DNA of 62,753 bases, the filler included, from Hausera hauseri (Eukaryota): NCBI GenBank assembly GCA_046269625.1. It is 10 parts of 10 records of this genome, joined end to end, with 100 filler letters (N's around TTAATTAATTAA, not from the genome) between each part and the next. Parts side by side here need not be neighbours in the genome. Positions count along the whole stretch, not along the records: positions 1 to 7,249 come from JBJURY010027560.1; positions 7,350 to 15,325 come from JBJURY010840968.1; 8 more parts are not named here. One strand, 5' to 3'. The position numbers were made by a program, and so were the translations under genes. The notes under the pieces are model-generated. The model was not told the origin of the DNA. It made no database searches and saw only the letters and a list, made by a program, of their open reading frames with translations. Positions 1-11,124 of the stretch are shown here, one piece after another. Positions within the stretch are counted from its first letter, which is position 1; each line of letters opens with the position of its first letter.

Positions 1-1465
1 TAGTTGGACATTTTTAAGAGTCTCAACTCGATCAGGTTGAGGTGAGTGGCCGTCTGGTGTGATAATATGTCCCAGGAGATTAACACGCTTTTGAAAGAAA
101 TTGCATTTCGCAAAATTGATTTGTAGATTTTACTGATTAAGACGTTTGAAGATGGACTGCAGATGTTCCTCATGTTGTTTAACTGATGAAGAGACAACCA
201 AGATGTCGTCAATGTATGGATGTGCAAAAGTGAAGTCTGATAGTATGGAATCAATGTGTCTTTGAAACGTCTGTGCAGCATTTCGGAGACCAAAAGACAT
301 ATACAAATACTCATAGAGTCCAAAAGGCGTGGTGACTGCTGTTTTTTCGATATCTTCCGGTGCGACAGGAATTTGATGATAAGCCTTAGCTAAATTGATC
401 GCTAAATAAACTTATGTAGTATTAAGTCGATGCAATATGTCCTTGATTAATGGTAGTCGGTATTTGTCCATTGTTGTTAATGTATTAAGTTGACGGTAGT
501 CGCCACAGGGTCTGAAAGATCCCTCTTTTTTGTACAACATGAAGGGGTGAAGACCATGGTGATTTGGATCTACGGATGATACCTGATTTTTCTAGCTCCA
601 TAAATTCAGCTTCTACTGCCTGTTTACGTCTCGGAGACAATGGACGGATCTTTTTTCTTATTGGCCTTTAATGTGTTGTAATTATATGGTGATAAATGCT
701 ATTTACTGGAGTGAAAGTCCTATCTTTCTGAAGTATCCGAGAACAATAGGTATGAAAAAATTGTTGTAGACTTGTAGGTAGTTGCTGTAATGTTGTAACT
801 GATGATGAATCGAGATTGCTAGCAGTACTTGGTATATGATTAGTTGTTGAGGATTCAAGTGAAGCGTGAAATAGAATGGTCTGGTCCGGAACCGCGTTTG
901 TGCAAGTGTTAGTGTTCAGTGATTTTACAGAAAATATCAGACTGTTACTGGGTGTAGAACGAAGTACCGAGTGTTTTAAAATAGATGGCTTATTTAACGT
1001 GGACTGTGTTGTCGTTGTGATGCCGTCTATTTTTGTATTAAGGTTTGCAGATGTATTTGCTTTCAGACAGCGTCGTTCACAATCAACTAGTAAATTGTAA
1101 TGTGAAAGGAAATCTGAGCCAAGTATTGCAGTCTGGACGTTAGGGATTGCAAACGTCCAATGAAATGATGAGGGAAAATTTTGTAGAGTGAAATCAAGTT
1201 TGCAGCTTCCGGCGACACGAAGAGCTTGGTCAGATGCAGTGCATAATGGTTGTATTCTAGATGACGTATGTTGAACCGGAAAAGAAAATGGAAGTAGTGA
1301 TATCGCTGCACCAGTATCAATGAGAAAATCTTTTGATTGGATGTTATTATTGGAGATAGTAGCTTTTAATGTAAAAACAGCAAATGAAACGTGTCGGCGA
1401 AAAGAATTAGACAGATTACCTTTGCCACTGCCAGGATCTGTCGAGGATACTGGCGGCGAAATCAG
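1..1465 (-). pseudogene. pol: Ty3/Gypsy (CsRn1-like) pol, protease plus RT part, disrupted; truncated by window start
   Basis: The -1 frame after gag reads FAVFTLKA...DFLIDTGAAISLLP (aspartic protease). RT motifs FRPCGDYRQLN, KAYHQIPVAPEDIEKTAVTTPFGLYEY and HPYIDDILV lie at ~200-520. Frameshifts are present. Confidence 0.93.
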
Positions 1466-2733
1466 TTTTTTTGGATTGGTGAACTAGAACGGTTGCTATT
1501 AGAGATGTTGGCACATCTGTCGATGGAATAGTTTTTGTTAATTTTGTATGTACAGCCAGTAATACAACTCCTAGCATTAGGACCGAATTTTGATTGATAG
1601 ACGCAAATTATATTACTTGAATCTAGATTTAGCGAATAATATTTACACCCTAAGCAACACTTATTTGCGTTGTTACTAAATTTGGTGTGGTAATAGCATA
1701 CGAGCGACCTCGTAGGTGAAGGTGTTCGATTTCTGGAATAAGAACGTGTTCGATTAGACAAAGGTACATTACTACGCTGTAAAGAAAGATTATTCAATTT
1801 ATCATTGATAAAGTTGATAGTGTTATGGAGTGCAGCATTTTCGGCGCGTAATTCGTTTAACTGTTGTTCGAGTGAAACATTGTTGGTAGTAACTGCTGCA
1901 GAAATGACTGGTTGAGTGTGTACGTTCAAAACTTCATATGTTTTATCCGCCAGTTCGGCTAATTTATCTAATGTTGTCGATTCTTCAACGACAGTAAGTA
2001 AGGCCCTAATTTGTATGGGCAATGCATTCAAGAAGTAACGTCGCAAAAGGTCGGCGTTATGTTGTTTCGTCACGCCAAGTGTTTGGAGTTGCACGAGTGA
2101 CGTTCTGAGAAAATCAGATGGTTTCTGCTCCCCCATTGCATTGTCGTTGAAGAAACGGTGAATTATTGAGTCCATAGATGGTTCCGTAAGTTTCAAAACT
2201 GCGTTGTAAAGATGCGTGTATGGATCAGGTTTCTGGAAGATATCGAGCAAATCATGAATTGCCGTTTTTACCGTTGTTGGAAGAAGACAAAGCAGGTTAT
2301 GGGCCTTGGTTACCGGATCAGTGATATTGTTTGATTGCAACCAGAGTTTGTGGAAGCTAAGCCACGTTTTGTTAGACTGTTCGTGGTCAATAAAGTACTC
2401 TGTGCACTGAGAAGTGTGTTTGACTGGCGAGGTTGTAGAAGCATAACTACTAAAAGAAGACGGCGTGGTTACGGTCAAAGGTTTTTGGTGGAAAGGAAAA
2501 TGTGGTGTTTTTTGAGTATTTTTATCAGTAGTATCGATGGTGGGAGAAGAATTCATCCCACCACGTATGCGAATGTGTATGTGAATGATAATACAATGGT
2601 TTGAAGGTACAGAAAGATTTCGAAGGTTGGCGTTAGTTATTGGTATATTATTGTACGTCAGATAAAAATCAGAGAGCTTGACGGCGTGTAGTGTGTAGTT
2701 GTGTAGGTATGATGCATCTATCGAATTTGTCAT
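1462..2733 (-). CDS. gag: Gypsy Gag (CsRn1-like) with N-terminal ubiquitin-like domain and two CHCC zinc fingers
   Basis: Open 423-aa ORF. Capsid-type motifs ITDPVTK...LP, DPYTHL, MGEQKPSDFLR and FLNALPIQIRALL. Fingers CYYH-x9-C-x3-C and CVYQ-x9-C-x3-C. N-terminal ...IHIHIRIRGG. Confidence 0.9.
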   Translation of the reverse strand: MTNSIDASYLHNYTLHAVKLSDFYLTYNNIPITNANLRNLSVPSNHCIIIHIHIRIRGGMNSSPTIDTTDKNTQKTPHFPFHQKPLTVTTPSSFSSYASTTSPVKHTSQCTEYFIDHEQSNKTWLSFHKLWLQSNNITDPVTKAHNLLCLLPTTVKTAIHDLLDIFQKPDPYTHLYNAVLKLTEPSMDSIIHRFFNDNAMGEQKPSDFLRTSLVQLQTLGVTKQHNADLLRRYFLNALPIQIRALLTVVEESTTLDKLAELADKTYEVLNVHTQPVISAAVTTNNVSLEQQLNELRAENAALHNTINFINDKLNNLSLQRSNVPLSNRTRSYSRNRTPSPTRSLVCYYHTKFSNNANKCCLGCKYYSLNLDSSNIICVYQSKFGPNARSCITGCTYKINKNYSIDRCANISNSNRSSSPIQKN

Positions 2734-3839
2734 TCTGTGTTAGTAAATGATGATTGTTTAAAAAGAATAAAAAAGAAATAGTCGGTGTAAACTCAAGTAG
2801 TTGGTGTGATAACGAAACACACCATGACGTGGTACACATTGATGTAAGACAAAATTTTGGTTGGTTTAGCGTGCCATGGTATGTTTGCAACTTAAGAGTA
2901 TGGGATGAATGGACCACTTCATTAATTTCTGTGTCCATCATCAAGTTCGAGAATTCTTGTGAGTGCGAGGTATTTTGAAAAATCATGTCGTGGACAAAGA
3001 ATAAGATGAAACAACGTATGAATAGGATAGACAAAATTTATCATCGATGGATTGTAGAAAATAAATGTTTTTGGAATGGCCGTGAATAGTAACTAAAGTA
3101 AAATATCTGTCGTAATAATTGCCAAAGGTATTAGCAACGATCGTTTTCGTTGGATATTGAACGTGTTTCAAAAGTATCAGACAACAGAAAGCTTACGGAA
3201 TCATAAGAAACAAATGGAGAAGGTTATAGTTCCAATAGGAACCAGTAATAAATGCAACCAAATTGTAATAGCAAATAGAAATTACTATAACCAGACTTTG
3301 GTTAGGCTCTATCCTCAATACCCCGGTAAAAATATAGGTGACCGGTGTCAAATTCTGTTTCTGACATCGTTTATTATCCGATGTCACCATTGTCGACTCA
3401 TACTCCTCGATGAAATTCACGGCAATCTTGTCGCCCTTGGTAAGGCACATAGAAATGATGACTTTCTGGTCATCGACTGGGGGCGTGGGTGTCCAGAATT
3501 CATAAGTAAAATTCCCGTCCAACTTACACCAAACATCCCCTCCATCCTTGCCAAACAAGCACGCCGCGAATGTACTCTAATGACGAAGCAGCAGAGCGAT
3601 AACTACTGAATTAAATGTATTACTGTACCTATTTCCTTTCTTACTATGCAAACCCAAAAATCGATAACCTGCAATAGCAACCTGATGAACAACACGACTG
3701 AAATTAACACATCGGTCACTGATCCGCTGCAGTAGCTGCATTGATCGATCATCACGATCAGCGACAACCCCAAGAAATGTGCCCAATACTATAACATTTC
3801 GTCGGATACGGTCAGTTGTGACTGAATAAAAACAATGAT

Positions 3840-4715
3840 TCACATTAATAAACGCCGCGCGACTTTAGAAGTCTTACATATGATAAAACTTGTAAATAAG
3901 AAACGGCAAAGCGTGCGAATGCAGTCAAATAAAACGACTAAAAAAACCGTAAGAACAACAACAAAATAATGAGGGTAACATTTATTAGTTTTGCGTGAGT
4001 CGTTCGCCGAGGCGTACGAATCCTCGCTTGAGGAAACGGCCGCGTTAATCCTCGGATTCCGGCGCGGGCAAGTCGGAATGTTATTCAAACTGGAATCAGT
4101 TAATGCTAATTCATGTCTGTCTGGCTCCAACCGGCGGCGACGGAGTGGTGTGGAAGCATCGTCTGGGGAGGAACACACTGTCATAACTGCCCACTTATGA
4201 GTGGCTTGATGGTCTGGAATCAGCTGGCTCTCCGATGGAACCAGTGATTCATATAATCGATTGGTTGCCGCCATCAGTCGCAGGAATACCGGGAAAAAAA
4301 CCGACGAATCGAAGAGACGACGGTTATCCCCATCCTGGTAAAACCGATGGAGCGTGCTTGTTGGGAGAGAGTATAGATCATCTCTCTCCAGCCCGACCAG
4401 GTGTCGTACAAAGCGACTTCTCTGCAGGAGTTCCCGTACCGTCAGAAAGTCCGAATAGGACCGGTACGGGGCTTGCTTGTGTGTGTCGCGACGGCGTTTT
4501 CCGCTGGAGGCGGCGTTCCGTCCGGTGGTGTGTCGTTCATCCGGTCGATCCTGGTCCTGTTGTGTGGTGCGACCGTCGGCATTATTGCCTGTCTTGGCAT
4601 CTACTGGACGGGGTATCTTTGGGATACGATACCCCGAAGTCAGTGTGGTTTTCCTTTCACCATGGGTGGTGTCAGATAGTTTCAGTGTATCTGCCGGGAT
4701 TGTTCTCGCATTGTT
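3840..4715 (-). other. Long open reading frame of unknown function (GC-richer, disorder-like)
   Basis: The frame of ORF 3840..4274 stays open upstream to a TGA near 4716 (manual translation: ...KRRRDTHKQAPYRSYSDFLTVRELLQRSRFVRHLVGLE...). No family recognised. Confidence 0.3.
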
Positions 4716-7249
4716 TCAGGCGGTCGGTTCTCCGGGTTTGGTATTTCTGATTGATGGCTTCATTTTCTGCATTTCGGGCATGTGTGGTTCATATTTCTTT
4801 TTTGAAAAAACTGTTCGATCCTTGATCTGTGGATTCAAACAAATGTATTAAATCCACAGATCTTGATTGTTTTTATTTTGTAAGTGCTGCTTATTTCAGC
4901 ACTTGTGATTTATTTTAATAATTCAAATTTTGTAAATTTTGCTGAATATTAATTTTATTTTGATGATTTAATTTTTGTTTGTACATGAATCCGTGATATT
5001 ATATCGTGATTTAAAATTTTTATATTTTTTTCTTTTTGTAAGGTAGAACCTTACACTTTCCATTTGAAATTTTTCGAAAAATCACTTGCATTTCTCTGCT
5101 TCCCGTGGGTTTTATTTTCGTCCACGCATTCATCCCGACATTTTCCATCAACCTGTACCAATTTCCTGGATGTTGCGCAACATTTCTGGTCTTCTTCAAA
5201 TTGCTTTCTTTCTTCCTCCGTGTATTTTTCTATCGTTCTAACTTTACTGTTCCGGTCGCACAAACCCCAGAAGTCGGAAACCATTACCGATAGGCTTGAT
5301 CAACTTCCACTTATGCCCCACAGATAAATACTCGATCTCGGTCACTTTTTGATCGATTATCTCGCTTTGAGCATTCACCCCAGCCCCAAGTATCTCATAT
5401 CATTCGAACGCCCATCACCCAAACGACAAATCACCCCATCTATTACTGCTCAAATTTTGCTTATCGAAGAAATCGATTGTTTTCTTTTGCATTTCCTGAT
5501 TTCCCCTAGGGTTATATAGCTTCGCCGTGTGCACCATCGAATTGACCAGAAAACACTCATTGGCCAGCAGAAACTGTTCCATTTCCCGTGTTTCTTCCCC
5601 CCCCCTCGTGGCTGAGATCTAGTATATCAACCTACTTTTCAATTACAACGACTTTGAAACGTTATCGATTATTGCTACCGATGAAAACAGGCTGGATGGT
5701 TGTTCAACCGAAGGATCCCGATTATTTCTCAATGTATACACTGGACAAGAAAAATCTCCGACGTTGATATTTATTTGCGATCGTTTCACGACCTCCGTTT
5801 CAGTAACTCTTCTTCCACTTTATCGATGTTATCCGAATTCGTTTTTATTCCAACCGGTGTCATTTCAGATGTAATCAACTTCAGACGATATCAAACTATT
5901 ATCCAATCGACGTGTACGAGTCTTTGTTCAGAAAGCCACAAATTATCGAATGTTTTCTTCGACATGGATGTTTATGTTTTCATTAATTGTTCACTCGTTT
6001 GTCTAGAATTCAGTGCTATGGTCAGCGGATTGAAATCCCATATTACCACATCGCGGTACCTTGTTGACTCGTACGTTACGGATTTTACGAAATTTCTTGT
6101 TCAACCGTTTTATTTGAATGAAAAACTTCGTTCGGGACTGGAAAAGATCTACCTGTATTCCGAAGTTCACAAGAACCGTCCTTGCACTCGATCAAAAGAG
6201 ACAAAAAATCAGCGAAATTACTTGGACCAAACGATTCAAAAGACAAATGGATAATAAATCCTTCGAAAATTACGTTGAAACATTGACCAACCATGGTCTT
6301 TTATTTGTTGGCCGAGGTGAAACAATCAAGTACAAATTGATCAGTGGTATGCCAGTCTTAAAGGTTGTCTGTGCCACTTCGAGAATTGTTGAAAATTCTA
6401 GTGACACCGGTTGTGAAATTAGCATATCCAGAAAGAATAACGGACAAAGAGGTAAATCCCAGAAATACACTCAGAGAATTATGAGCCACACCGGATTCCC
6501 CCAGTCGAATTTAATCAATGTTATTTATATTCATTTCAATCTATCTTCGAATTTTTCTTGATGTCATCAGCAACAAAAGATTTTATATGCTCAGATAAAT
6601 TTTTCGACACAGATTCGATATTTGTATCAATCATTAGTAAAGTAATATCCACTAGCCTTTGTACTTCACTTTTCAAATTCTTTTGTTATGATTTTGATCT
6701 CTTCTTGTTAGTATTCTTAAGATAACTTACACATCACCCTAACATTTATGAAAAATGTCTAATCAAACAGCATAATGAGTGCAGGATGTTTTGCTAAAAT
6801 TTTTCTACCCCGATGGGAAAAAAATATTCAAACGATCATCGAAAAATAAACAAGGGAAAAAAATAGGACAAAAAGTGCAAAATTCATATCCATCATATAC
6901 TATGATCAATAAATCAAATATGCTATTGTTATGAAAAGATCGAATTAATGTTTCTGTGTGAAAATGTATAAAGATATTATTTAATTTTATCTAAAACGAA
7001 ATTTTATCGCATTATGTTGAATTATGACATAATTAGAATGGAAATTATTAGTAATCATTTGAACTGAAACAAATTTAGTCGATAAATTCACACATTGACC
7101 TTAAAAGAGAATAATCGGAAATGTCGAAAAAACAGTTGGAAATCATTAAATATTCTCCAAAAACAAATAACCGATTTTTACAAGAAAAACCCACGCACGG
7201 TTTCAACTGTAAAAGGAATGTGACTTTACATATAGAAGAGAACAAATTT

Positions 7250-7349
7250 NNNNNNNNNNNNNNNNNNNNNNNNNNNNNNNNNNNNNNNNNNNNTTAATTA
7301 ATTAANNNNNNNNNNNNNNNNNNNNNNNNNNNNNNNNNNNNNNNNNNNN
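7250..7349. other. Artificial contig-joining spacer (44N-TTAATTAATTAA-44N)
   Basis: Six-frame stop linker. Identical 100-bp spacers at 15326-15425, 26249-26348, 30431-30530, 34714-34813, 39609-39708, 43662-43761, 51165-51264 and 55562-55661. Confidence 0.99.
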
Positions 7350-7426
7350 TTGTGGTGGTAAATTTTGATGAATCATCGATGTCGACACACAAATGAACGA
7401 ACAAACAACAATCCAGACAAAATTTA
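7350..7426 (+). repeat. 77-bp exact direct repeat at both ends of contig 2 (second copy 15249-15325)
   Basis: ttgtggtggtaaattttgatgaatc...atccagacaaaattta is both the first and the last 77 nt of the contig. Confidence 0.95.
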
Positions 7427-7744
7427 GATGTTCTGCTTGTTTTCTTTGCTGTCTTGCATAGTTTAGCAGTGTTATAAATTGTACTTTTAATTGATATTAT
7501 AGAACAATTAATTAATAAATTTTTTAAATTTTAAAAATACAACTTGATCCTTGTGAAGTCCGTTTCTTGTGGATTTATTTCATCTACTACATGGATTTAA
7601 ACTGGTGTCAGAACATTAATATCAGTGTCAAATATTACGTTTCTTTTGGAGGAAATTTAAAATTATCTATTCGAACTTCCCAGTAAATGCCACAATAATG
7701 CTACGTGCAAAATCAAAAAGAATTTTCTAACAAAATGTCATAAC

Positions 7745-9130
7745 AATGTGAAGGATAATGAAGAATTTATACTTTGTCGTCCATGTTATCATAAATGGCA
7801 GAGTATGTGCTGTTTATCTTGATGAAATGTGGCGAGATGGATTTTTCTGTCCAACATGCATTTCAGTGGAAAATATTAATATCAAACCAATTATGTACAA
7901 ATCGATGTACTTACCTCACAATGAACTCAGTAAACATATTGAAAATCGTGTGAATAATTTCTAAAAAAGTTTATCCGTCAGTTAGTGAAATTGTTAATCG
8001 TGCTTTATTAAATAACGATAAAACTGTTGATGTTAAACCTGGTATAAAAAGCCATTATTGTGAAACATGCGAAATGTCAATCTTTTAAATATCGCAAAAG
8101 CAATATTTGACTTTCAAGAAGTTGATGGTCATGAAGTATGTTCCTTTGGACTTCATGTACATGAATAGGCATCCGATTGTCCTGATCCAAATTCTAGGCA
8201 AGTTTATATAGCATATCTTGATTCAGTCCATTATTTCAGTCCGAAAATATCGAACAAATGTTTATCTTGATTTTTTGATCGGTTATTTAGAATGTTAGAA
8301 AATTAGGATTTACTATGGCTCACATTTCGGCGTGTCCTCCGGCAGAAGGGGATGATTATATTTTTCATATGCATTCCCCTGAACAGAAGTTTCCCAAGCC
8401 AAAACGTTTGCAGGAAAAGTACGTAAAGATTCTTGAAAAATCGACGAAAGAAAATATTGTTGATTACAAAGATATTTTCAGTGATGCTTTGCATTGAAGT
8501 ATGCTAAGTCCAACTGAATTGCTTATTTCGAAAGAAATTACTGGCCAAAAGCAAATTTGCCTCCAATTAATGATCCAGATCCATTGATCAATAGTAATTT
8601 AATGATCGGAAGAGATAAATTTCTGTGCTTAGCAAGAGAAAAGCATTTGGAACTCTTGTCCTTGCGTCGTTCTAAATTCTTGACATTATGTTTCTGTTAC
8701 GAATTACATATGGAACAGAAACATTCCGCCCTTCATTCTTGCAATGCATGCAATAAACAAATCAAGGTTCGTTTTACTTGCACATTTTTACTTCCACATC
8801 CGTTAATTAAAATAGATTCAACTATTATTTTCCAAAATGCTAATCAACCAACATTGGAACTTTAAGATACAACCAGAAAACATTCTTGCCAATGCCGCGA
8901 AATAAATTACAAGATAAATTTCTGTTCTAAAATTAAAGACATGGTCAAACATACGCAGTGCTGTTCTTTGTTACGAAATTCATTTTCCGTGCATGCCAAG
9001 CTTTGCAACGATCCTAAATGTCAGGTTCCAAATTGTCAAGCTTTGCGTTTCATTTGGAGACAACAAGGTAGCCAACAATGGATGCAACAAGCACAGATTT
9101 TAAGGCGCCGAGTATCTTCAGTGCAACGTG
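7745..9130 (+). pseudogene. CREBBP/EP300: CBP/p300 acetyltransferase fragment (PHD-HAT-ZZ-TAZ2), intronless and disrupted
   Basis: WRDGFFCPTC, HIENRVNNF, DKTVDVKPG, VYIAYLDSVHYF, AHISACPPAEGDDYIFHMH, KPKRLQE, DPDPLINSNLMIGRDKFLCLAREKHLE and HAKLCNDPKCQVPNC match CBP/p300 in order. Many stops, frameshifts and internal deletions. Confidence 0.93.
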
Positions 9131-9814
9131 GAATACATGTCGACCAATTTACTCCTACTCCATTGAATTCACAACCGCAGCCTTTTGAAAATTCTGTAAA
9201 TAAACTATCTATGAATAATGGCTATAATATATGCAATAATGACTTTTCTAAGCAGAAACCATTGCCTTCAAATATTATTCCTCCAACATTTCAATCTCAT
9301 TCATCTCAAAATGAAAATATTTATTCTAATAGTGTTAATGGTACATTAAATACCGCTAACCCAAATTATTTTACTAATCAGAAAACAGTTACGGATGAAG
9401 ATGTACGTGAAGATTTTATCAAAAATTTTAACGACTGGCTTGACACTTATCCAAACGAAATCATTGTCAATCCTTCATTTCAAAACATCCAGTCTGTCCG
9501 TGACGCCTCTATGAGATCAACGAGATTACTTAACAATAATCCTATATACATCGCGCCTATTCCACAACAATTACCTCCCACTCAAACAGCAAATTTGCTG
9601 TTTAAATATCCGAAACGAAGCAATCCTCAATCTGTCAAAGCTGTTCAAGAGTTAGCGAAATCAGTTCAGTTAATGCAGAAACCTCGGGAACGATTTCCAG
9701 AGTCGCTATCAATAAAAAGTAATTATATTATATGTATGCATATCGTTACTTCATTATTTATAATGCGAAACGATTCTATCAGTGAGAGCTGTCAATGATT
9801 TAGGTGAGAAGTCG

Positions 9815-11124
9815 ATGGTGACGGTCCCCGCTGCACTGCATCCCCTTTCTCTTATTTTTGCCCTTAACAAACATGTATACACATTAAGGGTTGCTTGCAA
9901 ACATATGGCGCACATTTTTTATTCTGCATTATCTTCCTTTTTCGGCTCCTCCAACTTTTATTGCATTCATAATGGCTTTATTCTATTACATTCCGACTCT
10001 CATCTTTTGCATCCGGGAAACATTCAATGATACTCACTGTCCATTTTCGCATCCGTGGTGGATCATAGACTGACCCTTCTGCCCAAAATTTAACCAAAAC
10101 CAGATCCGGTCGTCGTCTTGCCGACCTCACACCAACTACATCTCCAAATCTACCTTGCACAGATTTTTTCTTGATAAAACCAATTCGAGTCGCATTTGGT
10201 TACAATTCCATTTGCAATGGCTTAAAGCCAATCATATCACAGACTCCTTTTTGCCCGCGAACAGCTTGCCGATACTACTTCCAGCTAACATCAAGCAGCA
10301 AATCAACAATCTTGCTGAAATACTTCTTCAAGCCCGTGTGACATGCTTTATGAATCAGTTCTGCATATCACCGACCCTTCCATTGACAGCATAATTCAAA
10401 AATACTTCAATGAGCATGCCATCGGAAATCAAAAACCATCAGACTTCCTGAAAGTGCAATCTCTCAATTGAGTTCCTTATGGGTCACTCCTTTAAACAAT
10501 GCCGATTTTCTTCGTCAGTATTTTCTTTTATCTCTGCCTATCTCCATCAGGGCGCTGCTCACTGCAGTAGATGACTCTACTGCCCTGGAAAAGCTCGCCT
10601 TATTGGCAGACAAAAGTTTTGACATTTTGCAGTCTAATAGTCCACAACCAGTAGCTGAAGCAACCGCTCACACACCTTCACCCACCGACAGCACTTCATT
10701 TTCACAACATTTAAAATTGATGCAGCAAAAGTTTGACGAGCTACAGCAGTCGAGTTTAGCCATTACTACCCAACCAATTAATCTTAATAGGCCTCAACGA
10801 AGCGAAACCAGACCTCAAAGGGAGAGAAGCACTTCCAGACACTCTGCTCGATCCATTTCACTTGACGGACGCATGACTTGTTTTTATCACACGCGATTCC
10901 GAAGGGATGCTAGGAAGTGTTTTTTGAGTTGTCGGTTCTACAGCGAACGGTACGCTATGGACAACCCCATTTGTGTCTCTCACAATAAATTTCAGTCACG
11001 GGCTAGATCATGTGTGCCTGGTTGTAAACATTATAAAAAGAATTCTAGTTTCTCTCCATCTTATTTGCCTCCTCGCACTCACCATTCCTTTTCTTTTGCC
11101 CAAAAAGTCTCAAAAAACCAATAA
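9815..11124 (+). pseudogene. gag: Gypsy Gag (CsRn1-like) with ubiquitin-like N-terminus, disrupted
   Basis: LSLIFALNKHVYTLRV...FYCIHNGFILL...(fs)LTVHFRIRGG at ~9840-10062. Then WLKANHITD, FLLSLPISIRALL, CFYH-x9-C-x3-C and CVSH-x9-C-x3-C. Homologous to ORF 1462..2733. Confidence 0.88.

Noticed and set aside
3157-3609. Kinase-like protein (IHGNL...LVIDWG)
   Set aside because: The catalytic Asp is absent, no other kinase subdomains are seen, and the opposite strand is equally open.
7294-7305. Recurring TTAATTAATTAA motif as a biological signal
   Set aside because: Always centred in exactly 44+44 Ns; a synthetic linker. ORFs ending in XXX-LIN are artefacts, and adjacency across spacers means nothing.
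9816-9830. tRNA-Trp primer-binding site (TGGTGAC...)
   Set aside because: Only 7 nt match, no 5' LTR matching 14650 onward lies upstream, and the other copies differ; not supportable.
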